Positions 63,590 through 64,000 of a stretch of DNA of 64,000 nt are shown in pieces. The DNA comes from Felis catus. Lineage: Eukaryota. How positions within the stretch are numbered: position 1 is the first letter of the stretch; every line of letters starts with the position of its first letter. The stretch covers positions 167,340,001-167,404,000 of the forward strand of contig NC_058368.1 in NCBI RefSeq assembly GCF_018350175.1, read 5' to 3'. The notes beneath the pieces were generated by a model. It had not been told where the DNA came from. It saw only the letters and a program-made list of their open reading frames with translations, and searched no databases. Position numbers and translations under genes: made by a program.

Positions 63590-63762
63590 TCTCAGATCAG
63601 TCACTTCTTATCTGTGTGAACCTTTCTCAAGTTACCTAACTTCTCTGTGCCTCTGTTTTTTTGCCTATAAAATGGGAAAGAAGAACAGTATCTCATCGTG
63701 CTTTTCTGAGAACTGCAGGGGTTTAGAACAGTGCTTGGAATAGACTAAGTGCTCTGTAAACA
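63590..63762 (+). mobile_element. MIR
   Basis: caagttacctaacttctctgtgcctctgtttt...ctataaaatggg...ttagaacagtgcttgg..tag.taagtgctc. Confidence 0.85.
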
Positions 63763-63769
63763 GTGGTGA

Positions 63770-63971
63770 CCTTTACTTACTGAACATCTACTACGTGCCA
63801 AACAATGTAACGCAGGGCACAGAGCAGGCATAGCCATGAACAAACAACCATAAGTACATAATGTCAGGTGTGAGGAGTGCTTAAGGGAAAATAAAGCAGG
63901 GTAAGAATGTAGAGAATTATGGAGATGTTATCTTTATATAGGGAGATCAGAATGCCTCTCTGATAAAGGAG
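63770..63971 (-). mobile_element. L2 3' fragment
   Basis: ttactgaacatctactacgtgcca...aagggaaaataaagcagggtaag...tatagggagatcagaatgcctctctgataag. Confidence 0.75.
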
Positions 63972-64000
63972 TTTTTTTTTTTTTTTTTTTTTTTTTTTAG

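Larger units (their letters stand above)
30679..64000 (-). other. EFNA5: EFNA5 large upstream intron (partial, >33 kb)
   Basis: Begins at the exon 3 acceptor. No sequence encoding the preceding ephrin-domain exon was found before the window end. Confidence 0.85.

Noticed and set aside
63972..64000. Poly-T followed by AG, resembling a 3' splice site
   Set aside because: On the strand opposite EFNA5 and at the window edge; more likely the tail of a minus-strand retroposon.
1..64000. CRISPR arrays, operons or prokaryotic defence systems
   Set aside because: The sequence is mammalian; the recurring ~200-bp repeats are dispersed SINEs, and no repeat-spacer array or gene cluster is present.

Overview
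Eukaryotic (mammalian) genomic DNA, not microbial. The feliform-type Can-SINEs indicate a felid or close relative. The window holds the 3' part of EFNA5 (ephrin-A5) on the minus strand: coding exon 3 (30613-30678), the 81-nt in-frame cassette exon 4 (30115-30195), and the terminal exon (CDS 24812-24933) with a ~4.3 kb 3'UTR ending near a tandem AATAAA/ATTAAA at ~20500. Exon numbering follows my recollection of the human gene. Positions 30679-64000 are part of a large upstream intron; exons 1-2 lie outside the window. Positions 1-20480 are downstream intergenic DNA, starting with a decayed L1 (1-~6195) that keeps its 5' end. The rest is ordinary repeat content: about 11 Can-SINEs, MIRs, L2, MaLR LTRs, MER5A, a mariner relic and microsatellites. 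None of the ORF-track ORFs is a real gene; they are repeat-derived or chance. I found no convincing novel biological system. The most interesting signals are the candidate splicing-control architecture around exon 4, the 3'UTR regulatory motifs and a few candidate enhancers.
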